Source of the DNA: an uncultured Beijerinckia sp.
GTDB lineage: Bacteria > Pseudomonadota > Alphaproteobacteria > Rhizobiales > Beijerinckiaceae
Assembly: GCA_964615275.1 (NCBI GenBank)
Contig: CAZTMN010000006.1
Location: 868-64,867 of the forward strand
Reading direction: 5' to 3'
DNA: 64,000 nucleotides
The translations under genes were made by a program, and so were the position numbers. Positions 9,364 through 18,961 of this stretch are shown one piece after another. Numbering within the stretch: the first letter of the stretch is position 1; the number at the start of each line of letters is the position of its first letter. Below the pieces are notes generated by a model. That model saw nothing but the letters and a program-made list of their open reading frames with translations, was not told where the DNA came from and ran no database searches.

Positions 9364-10947
9364 ATGAGTAGCGACGGTAAAAAGAGCAACAAGATCCACA
9401 CCGCCGAAGATCACATGTTCGGCCAGATGTCCGGGCACGTCCATGCGCCGTGGGAGGATGCCGATCACGATCACGATGCCGATTTCGAATTGCTGGAGGC
9501 CGGTTCCAGGGAACTGGAGCATGTGCCGCTGACGTCGATCGGTATCGATATCGGATCCTCCGGTACGCAGATTGTCTTTTCCAAACTGCTGATGCGCGGT
9601 CCCGGCGAGCCTGTGGCCATGCGGCGCAAGGCCAGGTCGCGCGAAACCCTGCACATGTCCCCGATAGTCCTGACCCCGTATGATCGTAACAACCGGATCG
9701 ACGCGGAGCGGCTGCGTGGATCTCTGGACCGCGCCTATCGGGACGCTGGCCTTTCGCCTGATGATATCGACACCGGTGTGGTCATCATGACCGGTGCAGC
9801 GGCGCGGCGCGAAAATGCGGCGGCCATTATCGAAGCGCTTGCCGCCGATACCGGCGACATTGTTGCAGCCGTCGCGGGCGATCACATGGAGGCGATGCTT
9901 GCTGCTTACGGCTCGGGGGCGGTGGAGCGCTCGGCAGCGGACTTTGCGCGCATCCTCAACGTCGACATCGGCGGCGCCACGACCAAGCTGGCGATCTGCG
10001 ACGGAGGCCGCGTCGTCGCTACCGCGGCCATGCACGGCGGCGGGCGGCAAATCGTTCTTGATTCGAATGACAGGATCATCCGCATCGAGCCGGAACTTGC
10101 AACTTTTGCCGCCAGGCGCGGGATCATATGGCAACAGGGTCTTGCGGTTCACCGCGAAGACGAGGCGATCGTCGCCGCAGCAATGGCGCGCGATCTCATG
10201 GCGGCGATCAAAGGCGACGCTGGCGAATTGGATCAATTCGTCACGGAGCCGATTAAACGCATGGGGAAACTCGACGGCGTGATGTTCTCCGGCGGCGTTG
10301 CCGAATATGTCTACGGCCGCGAAAAACGCGATTTCGGCGATTTCGGCCGGTTGCTGGGGCAGGCGCTGGCGAAAAGCATTGACGCGGGCTGTTTGCCCGC
10401 GCCGCTGCTTCCTGCCGGCGAATGCATCCGAGCCACGGCCCTGGGCGCATCGCAATATTCGGTGCAGATGAGTGGCGCAACGTCCTGCATTACCTCGCAC
10501 GCCAAATTGCTGCCGCGCAGGAATTTGCAGGTCATCCAGCCGGCCTACAGTTTCGCCGGCGATATCGACGCAGATGAGTTGGCCGCTGCGATCCGCGCCC
10601 ATCGCCGCCAGTTCGACGACACCGATCCCGGGCGCGAGATCGCGCTTGCTTTCCGCTGGCGCGGCGAGCCGGAATACGGCCGCGTCCTGCAATGGGCCAG
10701 GGCCATTGCCGCCGCCATGGCCGACAAGATCGCCGCGCGCACCAATCTATATGTTCTTGTCGAAGGTGATACTGCGCTGACCCTTGGTGGAATATTGCGC
10801 CAGGAATTGTCGGTGCAATCGGACATTCTGGTCATTGACGGAATAGTTCTGCGTGATTTCGATTTTGTCGATATCGGCCGTATCCGCCTGCCATCCGGCA
10901 TGGTGCCGGTGACGGTCAAAAGCCTGCTGTTCGCCGCGCCGGATTGA
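9364..10947 (+). CDS. eutA: EutA-like (ethanolamine ammonia-lyase reactivase family) ASKHA ATPase with a His/Asp-rich N-terminal extension
   Basis: SIGIDIGSSGTQ, TGVVIMTGAAARRENA, LNVDIGGATTKL, FSGGVAEY, ECIRATALGASQY and a C-terminal FDFVDIG...VPVTVKSL. Confidence 0.85.
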   Translation: MSSDGKKSNKIHTAEDHMFGQMSGHVHAPWEDADHDHDADFELLEAGSRELEHVPLTSIGIDIGSSGTQIVFSKLLMRGPGEPVAMRRKARSRETLHMSPIVLTPYDRNNRIDAERLRGSLDRAYRDAGLSPDDIDTGVVIMTGAAARRENAAAIIEALAADTGDIVAAVAGDHMEAMLAAYGSGAVERSAADFARILNVDIGGATTKLAICDGGRVVATAAMHGGGRQIVLDSNDRIIRIEPELATFAARRGIIWQQGLAVHREDEAIVAAAMARDLMAAIKGDAGELDQFVTEPIKRMGKLDGVMFSGGVAEYVYGREKRDFGDFGRLLGQALAKSIDAGCLPAPLLPAGECIRATALGASQYSVQMSGATSCITSHAKLLPRRNLQVIQPAYSFAGDIDADELAAAIRAHRRQFDDTDPGREIALAFRWRGEPEYGRVLQWARAIAAAMADKIAARTNLYVLVEGDTALTLGGILRQELSVQSDILVIDGIVLRDFDFVDIGRIRLPSGMVPVTVKSLLFAAPD

Positions 10948-11101
10948 TCCGGGTGCCGCTTGGGCCGTGTCCCATGAATTGGGATGTGATCTGATTATCG
11001 CCGGCGCTTTGCGGATTTTCCGGCGCTTTCTGTACTGTTGACGGAATATCCATTAAATTCAGGTCAGTCTGCGGCGTGTTCGCCGCAAGTCTGGAGTGGA
11101 A

Positions 11102-11629
11102 ATGTCGGGTGCGCATTCAGGTCATGGGCAGACTTCGCCGCCGGAAGCTGGCCGTGCAGGGCAGATTATCGCGGCTGAGATCGCAGCGGCGAAAGACTTC
11201 CTTGGCGCTGACGGGGTCAATGCCGCCGCGCTGTTGCCGGTGCTTCACGCCTTGCAGGCCGAATTTGGCTTCATCGATCCGGCGCTGATCCCCGAGATTG
11301 CGGCAGCCCTCAACATCACCAAGGCCGAGGTGCGCGGCGTTATCAGTTTCTACCATGACTTCCGCACTGCCCCGGCCGGTAAACACACGCTGCGATTGTG
11401 CATGGCGGAGGCGTGTCAGGCCACGGGCTGCAAACGGATCGCCGACCATCTGGCAGACCGCCACGGCCTGAAACCCGGCGATACGACGCCGGATGGATCG
11501 TTGACGCTTCAGGCCGCCTACTGCCTCGGCAATTGCGCACTGGGTCCCGCAGCGATGCTGGATGACCGGCTTGCCGGCCAGTTCGATGAAGCGGCCGTCG
11601 ATGCGCTGATTGCGGAGGTGCGGTCGTGA
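11102..11629 (+). CDS. fdsG: NAD-dependent formate dehydrogenase gamma subunit (NuoE-like, 2Fe-2S)
   Basis: LLPVLHALQAEFGFI, RGVISFYHDFR, CMAEACQATG and CLGNCALGP. Confidence 0.93.
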   Translation: MSGAHSGHGQTSPPEAGRAGQIIAAEIAAAKDFLGADGVNAAALLPVLHALQAEFGFIDPALIPEIAAALNITKAEVRGVISFYHDFRTAPAGKHTLRLCMAEACQATGCKRIADHLADRHGLKPGDTTPDGSLTLQAAYCLGNCALGPAAMLDDRLAGQFDEAAVDALIAEVRS

Positions 11630-13164
11630 GCGCGATCCGGGTATTCGTCCCCTGCGATGCCGCGGCCCTGTCGGCCGGCGCGGATGCAGTGGCGGCCGCC
11701 ATCGCCGTTGAAGCAGCATCCCGCGGTCTGGACGCTGCAATTGTGCGCAACGGTTCGCGCGGCATGTTCTGGCTTGAACCGCTCGTCGAGGTCGAAATGC
11801 CGGACGGGCGCATTGCCTATGGCCCGGTGAAGGTTTCCGATGTGCCGGGCCTGTTTGAGGCCGGGTTTCTGGACGGTAAGGCTCATGATCTTTTGCTCGG
11901 CCCGGCGGAGGAAATCGATTTTCTCAAGCGCCAGCAGCGCCTGACATTTGCCCGCATCGGCGTCACCGATCCCCTGTCGTTTGACGATTATCGCGATCAT
12001 GGCGGCATGGCGGGCTTTGAAAAAGCACGGGCGATGAAATCCGGAGCGATTGTTGAGAAAATAACCGCCTCCGGATTGCGCGGCCGCGGCGGCGCGGGTT
12101 TTCCGGCCGGTATCAAGTGGCGCACGGTGATGGAAGCTGACGCGCTGCAGAAGTATATCGTCTGCAACGCCGACGAGGGCGACAGCGGCACCTATGCCGA
12201 CCGGATGGTGATGGAAGGCGATCCTTTCATGCTGATTGAAGGCATGGCGATCGCGGGTATCGCCACGGGTGCGACCAAGGGTGTCGTCTACATCCGTTCC
12301 GAATATCCCCATGCGATCGCGGCGATGCAAAAGGCAATTGTCATAGCGCGTGACAACGGATTGCTGGGCGCCCATTTCGACATGATCGTGCGGGTTGGCG
12401 CCGGCGCTTACATTTGCGGCGAGGAAACCTCGCTGCTGGAAAGCATCGAGGGCAAGCGCGGGCAAGTTCGGGCCAAGCCGCCGTTGCCGGCCCACAGCGG
12501 CCTGTTTGGCCGCCCGACAATTATCAACAACGTACTGACGCTGGCCGCCGCACCGTGGATATTGACGCACGGCGGCAAGGCCTATGCGGAATACGGCATG
12601 GGCCGTTCGCTCGGCACTATGCCGCTCCAACTGGCCGGCAACATCAAGCGGGGCGGCCTGTTTGAAACGGCGTTCGGCATGACTTTGCGCGAAATCGTCG
12701 AGGATATCGGGGGCGGTACAGCGTCTGGCCGGCCTGTTCATGCTGTCCAGGTTGGAGGGCCGCTAGGGGCCTATTTCCCGGCTGGCATGCTGGATACGCC
12801 GCTCGATTACGAAGCCATGCTGGAGGCCGGTGGCATGCTTGGACACGGCGGGATTGTCGTGTTCGATGACACCGTCGACATGGCGGCCCAGGCGCGTTTT
12901 GCGTTCGAGTTTTGCGCAATCGAGAGCTGCGGTAAATGCACGCCGTGCCGTATCGGCTCGACTCGCGGCGTCGAAACGATTGACAAGATCGTCGCGGGTA
13001 TTTCGCCGGAGGCGAATGCCATGCTCATCGAGGATCTGTGCACCGTCATGACCGACGGTTCGCTTTGCGCTTTGGGCGGGTTGACGCCCATGCCGGTGCG
13101 CAGCGCTCTCAAACATTTCCCGGGGGATTTCGGGCAGGGCGCGAAACGCGCTGCGGCCGAATAG
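11626..13164 (+). CDS. fdsB: Formate dehydrogenase beta subunit (NuoF-like, FMN/NAD, 4Fe-4S)
   Basis: GLRGRGGAGFP, CNADEGDSGT, GAGAYICGEETSL and ESCGKCTPCRIG. GTGA overlap with fdsG. Confidence 0.95.
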   Translation: MSAIRVFVPCDAAALSAGADAVAAAIAVEAASRGLDAAIVRNGSRGMFWLEPLVEVEMPDGRIAYGPVKVSDVPGLFEAGFLDGKAHDLLLGPAEEIDFLKRQQRLTFARIGVTDPLSFDDYRDHGGMAGFEKARAMKSGAIVEKITASGLRGRGGAGFPAGIKWRTVMEADALQKYIVCNADEGDSGTYADRMVMEGDPFMLIEGMAIAGIATGATKGVVYIRSEYPHAIAAMQKAIVIARDNGLLGAHFDMIVRVGAGAYICGEETSLLESIEGKRGQVRAKPPLPAHSGLFGRPTIINNVLTLAAAPWILTHGGKAYAEYGMGRSLGTMPLQLAGNIKRGGLFETAFGMTLREIVEDIGGGTASGRPVHAVQVGGPLGAYFPAGMLDTPLDYEAMLEAGGMLGHGGIVVFDDTVDMAAQARFAFEFCAIESCGKCTPCRIGSTRGVETIDKIVAGISPEANAMLIEDLCTVMTDGSLCALGGLTPMPVRSALKHFPGDFGQGAKRAAAE

Positions 13165-13170
13165 GAGTCC

Positions 13171-16023
13171 ATGTTCATGTCCCTGCAACGCGAGGCAGAT
13201 AGCGGAACACCGATCCGGCAAAGCGGGCAGACCGTGACGCTGGTCATTGATGGCAAATCGGTCAGCGTACCGGATGGAACGTCCGTCATGGCGGCGGCCT
13301 CGGTGGCCGGAAACCAGATTCCGAAATTGTGCGCGACCGACATGCTTGAGGCGTTCGGATCCTGCCGCTTGTGCCTCGTGGAAATTGAAGGGCGCCGCGG
13401 GACGCCGGCGTCCTGTACGACCCCGGCCGAAGACGGCATGGTCGTTCATACCCAGACCCGGCGTTTGCGCGATCTGCGCAAAGGCGTGATGGAGCTGTAC
13501 ATATCCGATCACCCGCTTGACTGCCTGACATGTTCAGCCAACGGTGATTGCGAATTGCAGGACATGGCGGGCGCCGTGGGGTTGCGCGACGTGCGTTACG
13601 GATATGACGGCGAAAAGCATCGCACCGGGGAAGTCGACTCGAGCAATCCGTATTTTTCCTTCGATTCGTCCAAGTGCATTGTCTGCTCGCGTTGTGTGCG
13701 GGCCTGCGAGGAGGTTCAGGGCACGTTTGCACTGACGATCGACAACCGCGGGCTGTTGTCAAAAGTTGCGACCGGCACGGACGATTTCCTGTCGTCGGAA
13801 TGCGTTTCCTGCGGAGCCTGCGTTCAGGCTTGTCCAACCGCGACCCTGAACGAGAAGTCGGTTATCGAATTGGGCACTCCGACCGCGACGACAATTACCA
13901 CCTGCGCCTATTGCGGCGTGGGCTGTTCGTTCCGGGCCGAGACGCAGGGCGACAAGGTTGTGCGCATGGTCCCGCACAAGCAGGGCGGCGCCAACGAGGG
14001 GCATTCCTGCGTCAAGGGGCGCTTTGCGTGGGGCTATGTCAATCACAAGGATCGCATCACATCGCCAATGATCCGCAAGTCAATCGATGATCCCTGGCAG
14101 GAAGTAAGCTGGGAGGAGGCGTTTGAATATGCCGCATCCGAGTTCAAACGCATTCAATCGCAGTATGGCCGCGATGCAATCGGCGGCATTACGTCCTCCC
14201 GCTGCACCAATGAAGAAACGTTCCTTGTACAGAAACTCATTCGCGCCGGTTTCGGCAACAATAACGTCGATACCTGCGCGCGCGTATGCCACTCGCCAAC
14301 CGGCTACGGATTGAAAACCACTTTCGGCACGTCGGCCGGTACGCAGGACTTCAAGTCGGTCGCCAAGGCCGACGTTGTGCTGGTTATCGGGGCGAACCCG
14401 ACCGACGGCCATCCGGTATTTGCCTCGCGTTTGAAGCGGTGCTTGCGCGAGGGCGCCAAATTGATTGTTGCCGATCCCCGCCGTATCGATCTCGTACGCT
14501 CTCCACATATCGAAGCTGCGCATCATCTGGCGCTGCTGCCGGGAACCAATGTTGCGATGATCAACGCGCTTGCCCATGTCATTGTTACCGAGGGCCTGGT
14601 AGACGATGAATTTGTGCGTGAACGCTGCGATGCGCAGGATTTCGAGGTCTGGGCCCGGTTCATCGCGCAGGACATCAATTCGCCGGAAGCGATGGAGTCG
14701 CACACGGGAGTCCCGGCTGCCGAGGTACGCGCTGCAGCTCGCTTGTTTGCAGGCGCTGGCAATGCCGCCATCTATTACGGGCTGGGCGTTACCGAGCATT
14801 CGCAAGGTTCGACCATGGTGATGGGCATGGCGAACCTGGCGATGGTCACCGGTAATCTCGGTCGCGACGGCGTTGGGGTAAATCCGCTGCGCGGCCAGAA
14901 CAATGTGCAGGGCGCCTGCGACATGGGTTCGTTTCCGCACGAGTTTTCCGGGTACCGGCATGTGTCCGATGATGCGACCCGCGACATGTTTGAAAGTCTG
15001 TGGGGCGTATCGCTGCAAAACGAACCGGGCCTGCGCATCCCTAACATGCTCGACGAGGCCGTGAACGGCAGCTTCAAGGGCATGTATGTTCAAGGTGAAG
15101 ATATCGCCCAGTCCGACCCCGACACAAAACATGTCGTGGACGGGTTGAAATCGATGGAATGCGTGGTCATCCAGGACTTGTTCCTGAACGAGACCGCCAA
15201 GTACGCCCACGTGTTTTTCCCCGGGTCGTCGTTCCTGGAGAAGGACGGGACGTTCACCAACGCCGAGCGGCGCATCAATCTGGTGCGCAAGGTCGTCGAA
15301 CCAGCAGCCGGACTGGCCGACTGGGAGATAACCCTGCGGTTCGCTGCAGCGCTTGGCTATCCCATGCACTACGATCATCCCTCGCAAGTCATGGACGAGA
15401 TCGCGCAACTGACCCCGACCTTTGCAGGCGTGAGTTACGACAGGATCGAGGCGATGGGATCGCTGCAATGGCCCTGTAACGATGCAGCGCCGGCAGGTAC
15501 GCCGATCATGCACGTCGATCGTTTCGTGCGCGGCGCCGGCAAGTTCATGGTCACAGAATACATTCCGACCGATGAACGTACTGGTCCGCGTTTCCCGCTG
15601 CTGCTGACGACCGGGCGGATCCTGTCGCAATACAACGTCGGCGCCCAGACCGCCCGTACGGATAACAATGTCTGGCATGATCAGGATGTGCTTGAGATAC
15701 ATCCGTTCGATGCAGAAAACCGCGGCATCCGCGACGGCGATCTCGTGTCTCTCTCCAGCCGCTCCGGTGAAATCAGCCTGCGCGCCGAGATCACCGACCG
15801 CGTGCAGCCGGGTGTGGTCTACACGACTTTCCACCACGCCAGGACCGGCGCCAATGTCATAACAACCGACTATTCCGACTGGGCGACCAATTGCCCGGAA
15901 TACAAGGTAACGGCGGTTCAGGTGCAACGGACGAACCGGTATTCCGATTGGCAACAGGAAGACCGTGAAAACAGCGATCGTTTGCGCCGTATCGAAGGCA
16001 CTTTCAACAATGCCGCCGAATAG
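13171..16023 (+). CDS. fdsA: Formate dehydrogenase alpha subunit (Mo-bisPGD, Cys ligand)
   Basis: N-terminal Fe-S motifs (CRLCLVE, CIVCSRCVRAC, CVSCGACVQACP, CAYCGVGC), plus CARVCH and PLRGQNNVQG. Confidence 0.96.
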   Translation: MFMSLQREADSGTPIRQSGQTVTLVIDGKSVSVPDGTSVMAAASVAGNQIPKLCATDMLEAFGSCRLCLVEIEGRRGTPASCTTPAEDGMVVHTQTRRLRDLRKGVMELYISDHPLDCLTCSANGDCELQDMAGAVGLRDVRYGYDGEKHRTGEVDSSNPYFSFDSSKCIVCSRCVRACEEVQGTFALTIDNRGLLSKVATGTDDFLSSECVSCGACVQACPTATLNEKSVIELGTPTATTITTCAYCGVGCSFRAETQGDKVVRMVPHKQGGANEGHSCVKGRFAWGYVNHKDRITSPMIRKSIDDPWQEVSWEEAFEYAASEFKRIQSQYGRDAIGGITSSRCTNEETFLVQKLIRAGFGNNNVDTCARVCHSPTGYGLKTTFGTSAGTQDFKSVAKADVVLVIGANPTDGHPVFASRLKRCLREGAKLIVADPRRIDLVRSPHIEAAHHLALLPGTNVAMINALAHVIVTEGLVDDEFVRERCDAQDFEVWARFIAQDINSPEAMESHTGVPAAEVRAAARLFAGAGNAAIYYGLGVTEHSQGSTMVMGMANLAMVTGNLGRDGVGVNPLRGQNNVQGACDMGSFPHEFSGYRHVSDDATRDMFESLWGVSLQNEPGLRIPNMLDEAVNGSFKGMYVQGEDIAQSDPDTKHVVDGLKSMECVVIQDLFLNETAKYAHVFFPGSSFLEKDGTFTNAERRINLVRKVVEPAAGLADWEITLRFAAALGYPMHYDHPSQVMDEIAQLTPTFAGVSYDRIEAMGSLQWPCNDAAPAGTPIMHVDRFVRGAGKFMVTEYIPTDERTGPRFPLLLTTGRILSQYNVGAQTARTDNNVWHDQDVLEIHPFDAENRGIRDGDLVSLSSRSGEISLRAEITDRVQPGVVYTTFHHARTGANVITTDYSDWATNCPEYKVTAVQVQRTNRYSDWQQEDRENSDRLRRIEGTFNNAAE

Positions 16024-16870
16024 TCAGCCCGGACGGAATGTGGTCCGAAGTTTCGACGGGATGGCCGTGCGGTACGACGGCGGGGCGGCGGAACCGGGCG
16101 CTCATGCAATAGCCGTCGAAACGCCGGTTAACATAATTTATGGTTCGCTCCCCTTCGCGGTAATGATGGCCAGCCCCGCCGATCTGGAAGACTTTGCCTA
16201 CGGGTTCAGTTTTACCGAAGGCATCATAGACGCAGCGGACGACGTCCGCGATTTCGTAGTTGCGGAAACCGACGCCGGCATAAAGGTATCGCTGACGCTC
16301 AAAGCCGAAAACATGCAGCGGCACCTCGGCCGGGCGCGAAACCTGGCTGGACGCTCAGGCTGCGGCATCTGCGGTATATCCGATCTCTCTGAAATGCCGG
16401 ACATGCCGGCGCTTGCAAATCACGCTGACGGATACGATCCGGCTGCAATAGCGCGCGCGCTGCGCAAGTTGGAAGAGATACAAACGCTCAATGCTGCGAC
16501 CCGTTCGGTTCATGGTGCGGCGTTTTGCAATTGGCGCGGTGAAGTGATCGCGTTGCGCGAGGATGTCGGCCGCCACAACGCGCTTGATAAGCTGGTCGGC
16601 GCGATGCTGCGAAGCGGCAACAGTGCGGCCGACGGATTCGTGCTTATTACCAGCCGCGCCTCCTACGAGATGGTCGAGAAAACCGTGCGTGCCGGGGCGC
16701 CGGTCCTGGTTGCTATGTCGGCTCCGACGTCCCTGGCGATAGAGCGGGCGCAGCAATATGGCCTGACTTTGATCGCGGTCGCACGCGACGATGGCGCCAT
16801 CGCGTTTACCAGCGCAATATCAGCGCGATCGCGGCCACCGCGCAGTGAAACGGGAAAGACACCAGAATGA
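16010..16870 (+). CDS. fdhD: Formate dehydrogenase sulfurtransferase FdhD/FdsC
   Basis: MMASPADLEDFAYGF, SGCGICG, REDVGRHNALDK and SRASYEMV. Confidence 0.93.
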   Translation: MPPNSQPGRNVVRSFDGMAVRYDGGAAEPGAHAIAVETPVNIIYGSLPFAVMMASPADLEDFAYGFSFTEGIIDAADDVRDFVVAETDAGIKVSLTLKAENMQRHLGRARNLAGRSGCGICGISDLSEMPDMPALANHADGYDPAAIARALRKLEEIQTLNAATRSVHGAAFCNWRGEVIALREDVGRHNALDKLVGAMLRSGNSAADGFVLITSRASYEMVEKTVRAGAPVLVAMSAPTSLAIERAQQYGLTLIAVARDDGAIAFTSAISARSRPPRSETGKTPE

Positions 16871-17103
16871 GCGCAGAAAAACTTGTGCGCATGGCCAACC
16901 AGATTGCCGGGTTTTTCCGCACCCAACCGAGGGACGCGGCGGTTGCCGCCGCCGCCGACCACATGAAAAGTTTTTGGAATCCCGTCATGCGCCGGCAGAT
17001 CTACGTCCATCTCGACGCCGGCGGCGATGGTCTGAGCGAACTGGCGCGTGCCGCGGTTGAGATGATGCGCGCTGGCGATGAGCGCGCGGCGGTAAAAACC
17101 TAA
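16867..17103 (+). CDS. fdsD: Formate dehydrogenase delta subunit
   Basis: KLVRMANQIAGFF and HMKSFWNPVMR. ATGA overlap with fdhD. Confidence 0.92.
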   Translation: MSAEKLVRMANQIAGFFRTQPRDAAVAAAADHMKSFWNPVMRRQIYVHLDAGGDGLSELARAAVEMMRAGDERAAVKT

Positions 17104-17301
17104 CAATAAATCGGGGCGTCCGCATACAGGCTACGCTTGCCGCCGGCCAACTCCGCAGATCATCCGCTTTGATCGCCCGGGACGTTGTTTTTCGTGCCGA
17201 TTTTGCCGCAGGCGCCCACCAAAACATCGCTTGTGATGCAATTTGTATCCCGCTAATGTCCCGATGGATGGGGAAATTCAGCTGAAAAACGGAGGGAATC
17301 C

Positions 17302-18342
17302 ATGTCAGCATTCACAAAAACACTGCTCGCCGGAGCCGTCGCGCTCTCGGCCTTTGCCTTGCCGGGCGCAGCTTCGGCGCAGACCGTAACCCTGAAATTG
17401 ACGACATTTGTGCCGCCAGTTTCGAACCCGCCCAAGACGTTTCTGATTCCCTGGATCAAGAAGGTCGAAAAGGCGTCCAAGGGCAAGCTGAAGATTCAGG
17501 GTTTTTGGTCGATGCAACTCGGCGGCAAGCCGACCCAATTGCTGGACCAGGTAAAGGACGGCGTTGTCGACATCGTTTGGACACTACCAGGTTTCACGCC
17601 GGGCCGTATGCCAAGTGTCGAGCCTTTCGAATTGCCGTTTGTACACAAGGACGCGCTTTCTTCAACCCTGGCGCTTCAGGACTATCAGGACAAATATCTG
17701 AAGAAGGACCTGTCACCCTATCATCCGCTGCTCGTTCACGTGCATGAAGGTTTCTTTTTTCAGACCAAGAAGCCGGTCAAGACAATGGCCGATCTGAAGG
17801 GCATGAAGATTCGCGCCGCCTCGCGTGCGGGCGTGTGGCTGTTGGGCGCTTTGGGCGCAACCGGCATCGGCATGCCGCTGCCGCGCATTCCGGCCGCCCT
17901 ATCCAAGGGCGTGATTGACGGCGTAACACTACCGTACGAAATCGCCCCTGCCGTGAAGACGCCAGACCTCGTCAGCCATTTCACGACCCTGGCCGGTCCG
18001 CAGCCGCGCCTTGGCACCAATGTGTTCACGTTCCTGATGAACAAGAACGCCTATGCCAAGCTGCCAGCCGATCTGAAGAAGGTCATCGACGACCATTCCG
18101 GCCGCAATATCGCCAAGTGGGCTGGTCAGAACTGGCGTGACATTGAAAAGCCCGGGCTGGCGCAGGTCAAGAAGCGCAAGAAGAACAAGTTCTACATAAT
18201 CCCCGCTGCGGAAGTTGCCAAGATTCGCAAGGCTGCGGAGCCGGTCTTCGACCGCTGGTTTGCGGAAATGAAAAAAGTAGGTCTTGATGGTCCCGCCATG
18301 CTGGCGGATGCCCGCAAACTGATCGACAAGTACTCCAAGTAA
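17302..18342 (+). CDS. dctP: TRAP transporter substrate-binding protein
   Basis: Signal peptide, MQLGGKP, DGVVDIVWTLPGFTPGR and DLKGMKIR. Confidence 0.92.
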   Translation: MSAFTKTLLAGAVALSAFALPGAASAQTVTLKLTTFVPPVSNPPKTFLIPWIKKVEKASKGKLKIQGFWSMQLGGKPTQLLDQVKDGVVDIVWTLPGFTPGRMPSVEPFELPFVHKDALSSTLALQDYQDKYLKKDLSPYHPLLVHVHEGFFFQTKKPVKTMADLKGMKIRAASRAGVWLLGALGATGIGMPLPRIPAALSKGVIDGVTLPYEIAPAVKTPDLVSHFTTLAGPQPRLGTNVFTFLMNKNAYAKLPADLKKVIDDHSGRNIAKWAGQNWRDIEKPGLAQVKKRKKNKFYIIPAAEVAKIRKAAEPVFDRWFAEMKKVGLDGPAMLADARKLIDKYSK

Positions 18343-18394
18343 TATCTACGGGGCGCCGCGCGCGCCCAGGCCAACCCGGACCGGTCGATCCGCG

Positions 18395-18934
18395 ATGGAA
18401 GAAACCAATACAAAAATTGTCCGGCCTGCCGATCCGGCAGGCCGTGTCCTGTTTGAAATATCGCGTGTTCTCGCGATCGCAAGTGGCATTCTGTTGAGTT
18501 GCACTGCGGCACTTGTCACCGTCAGCGTCTTTGGCCGCAAGTTTCTGGATTTGCCTGTACCGGGTGATTTCGAGTTGGTTGCCATCGCAACCGGCCTGTG
18601 CATCTTCGGCATTTTACCCTATTGCCAAATGACCCGCAGCAATGTGCTGGTCGATTTCTTCATGGCCAAGGCTCCGACCCGCGCAAAGGCCGTCTGTGAT
18701 CTGTTCGGCAACATCCTGTTTTTGGTGATATCGGCGCTACTGACCTGGCGCCTGATCTACGGCGGCATCGACATGTACAACAACAATGAATTGTCGATGA
18801 CCATCAATTTCCCGCGCTGGACGACATTCCCGGCCTCGGTTCTGTTGATGGCGTTTCTGACGCTCGTCGTTCTGTATACGGTCTGGCGGTCCTTCGAGGA
18901 AATTCGTCAGGGCCGTTTTCTTGATCCGCAATAG
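18395..18934 (+). CDS. dctQ: TRAP transporter small permease
   Basis: Four hydrophobic segments and PVPGDFELV. Lies between dctP and dctM. Confidence 0.88.
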   Translation: MEETNTKIVRPADPAGRVLFEISRVLAIASGILLSCTAALVTVSVFGRKFLDLPVPGDFELVAIATGLCIFGILPYCQMTRSNVLVDFFMAKAPTRAKAVCDLFGNILFLVISALLTWRLIYGGIDMYNNNELSMTINFPRWTTFPASVLLMAFLTLVVLYTVWRSFEEIRQGRFLDPQ

Positions 18935-18961
18935 CGCCGGATCACCGGGGGAATTCCTGCG

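Noticed and set aside
14080-15954. 624-aa antisense ORF opposite fdsA, and similar long shadow ORFs (45513-47468, 9268-10692, 3707-4792)
   Set aside because: They fully overlap well-supported genes on the other strand, have no motifs, and are expected from GC-rich codon bias.
11102-17103. fds operon as a novel system
   Set aside because: Canonical fdsGBACD order and motifs. Only its context is notable.
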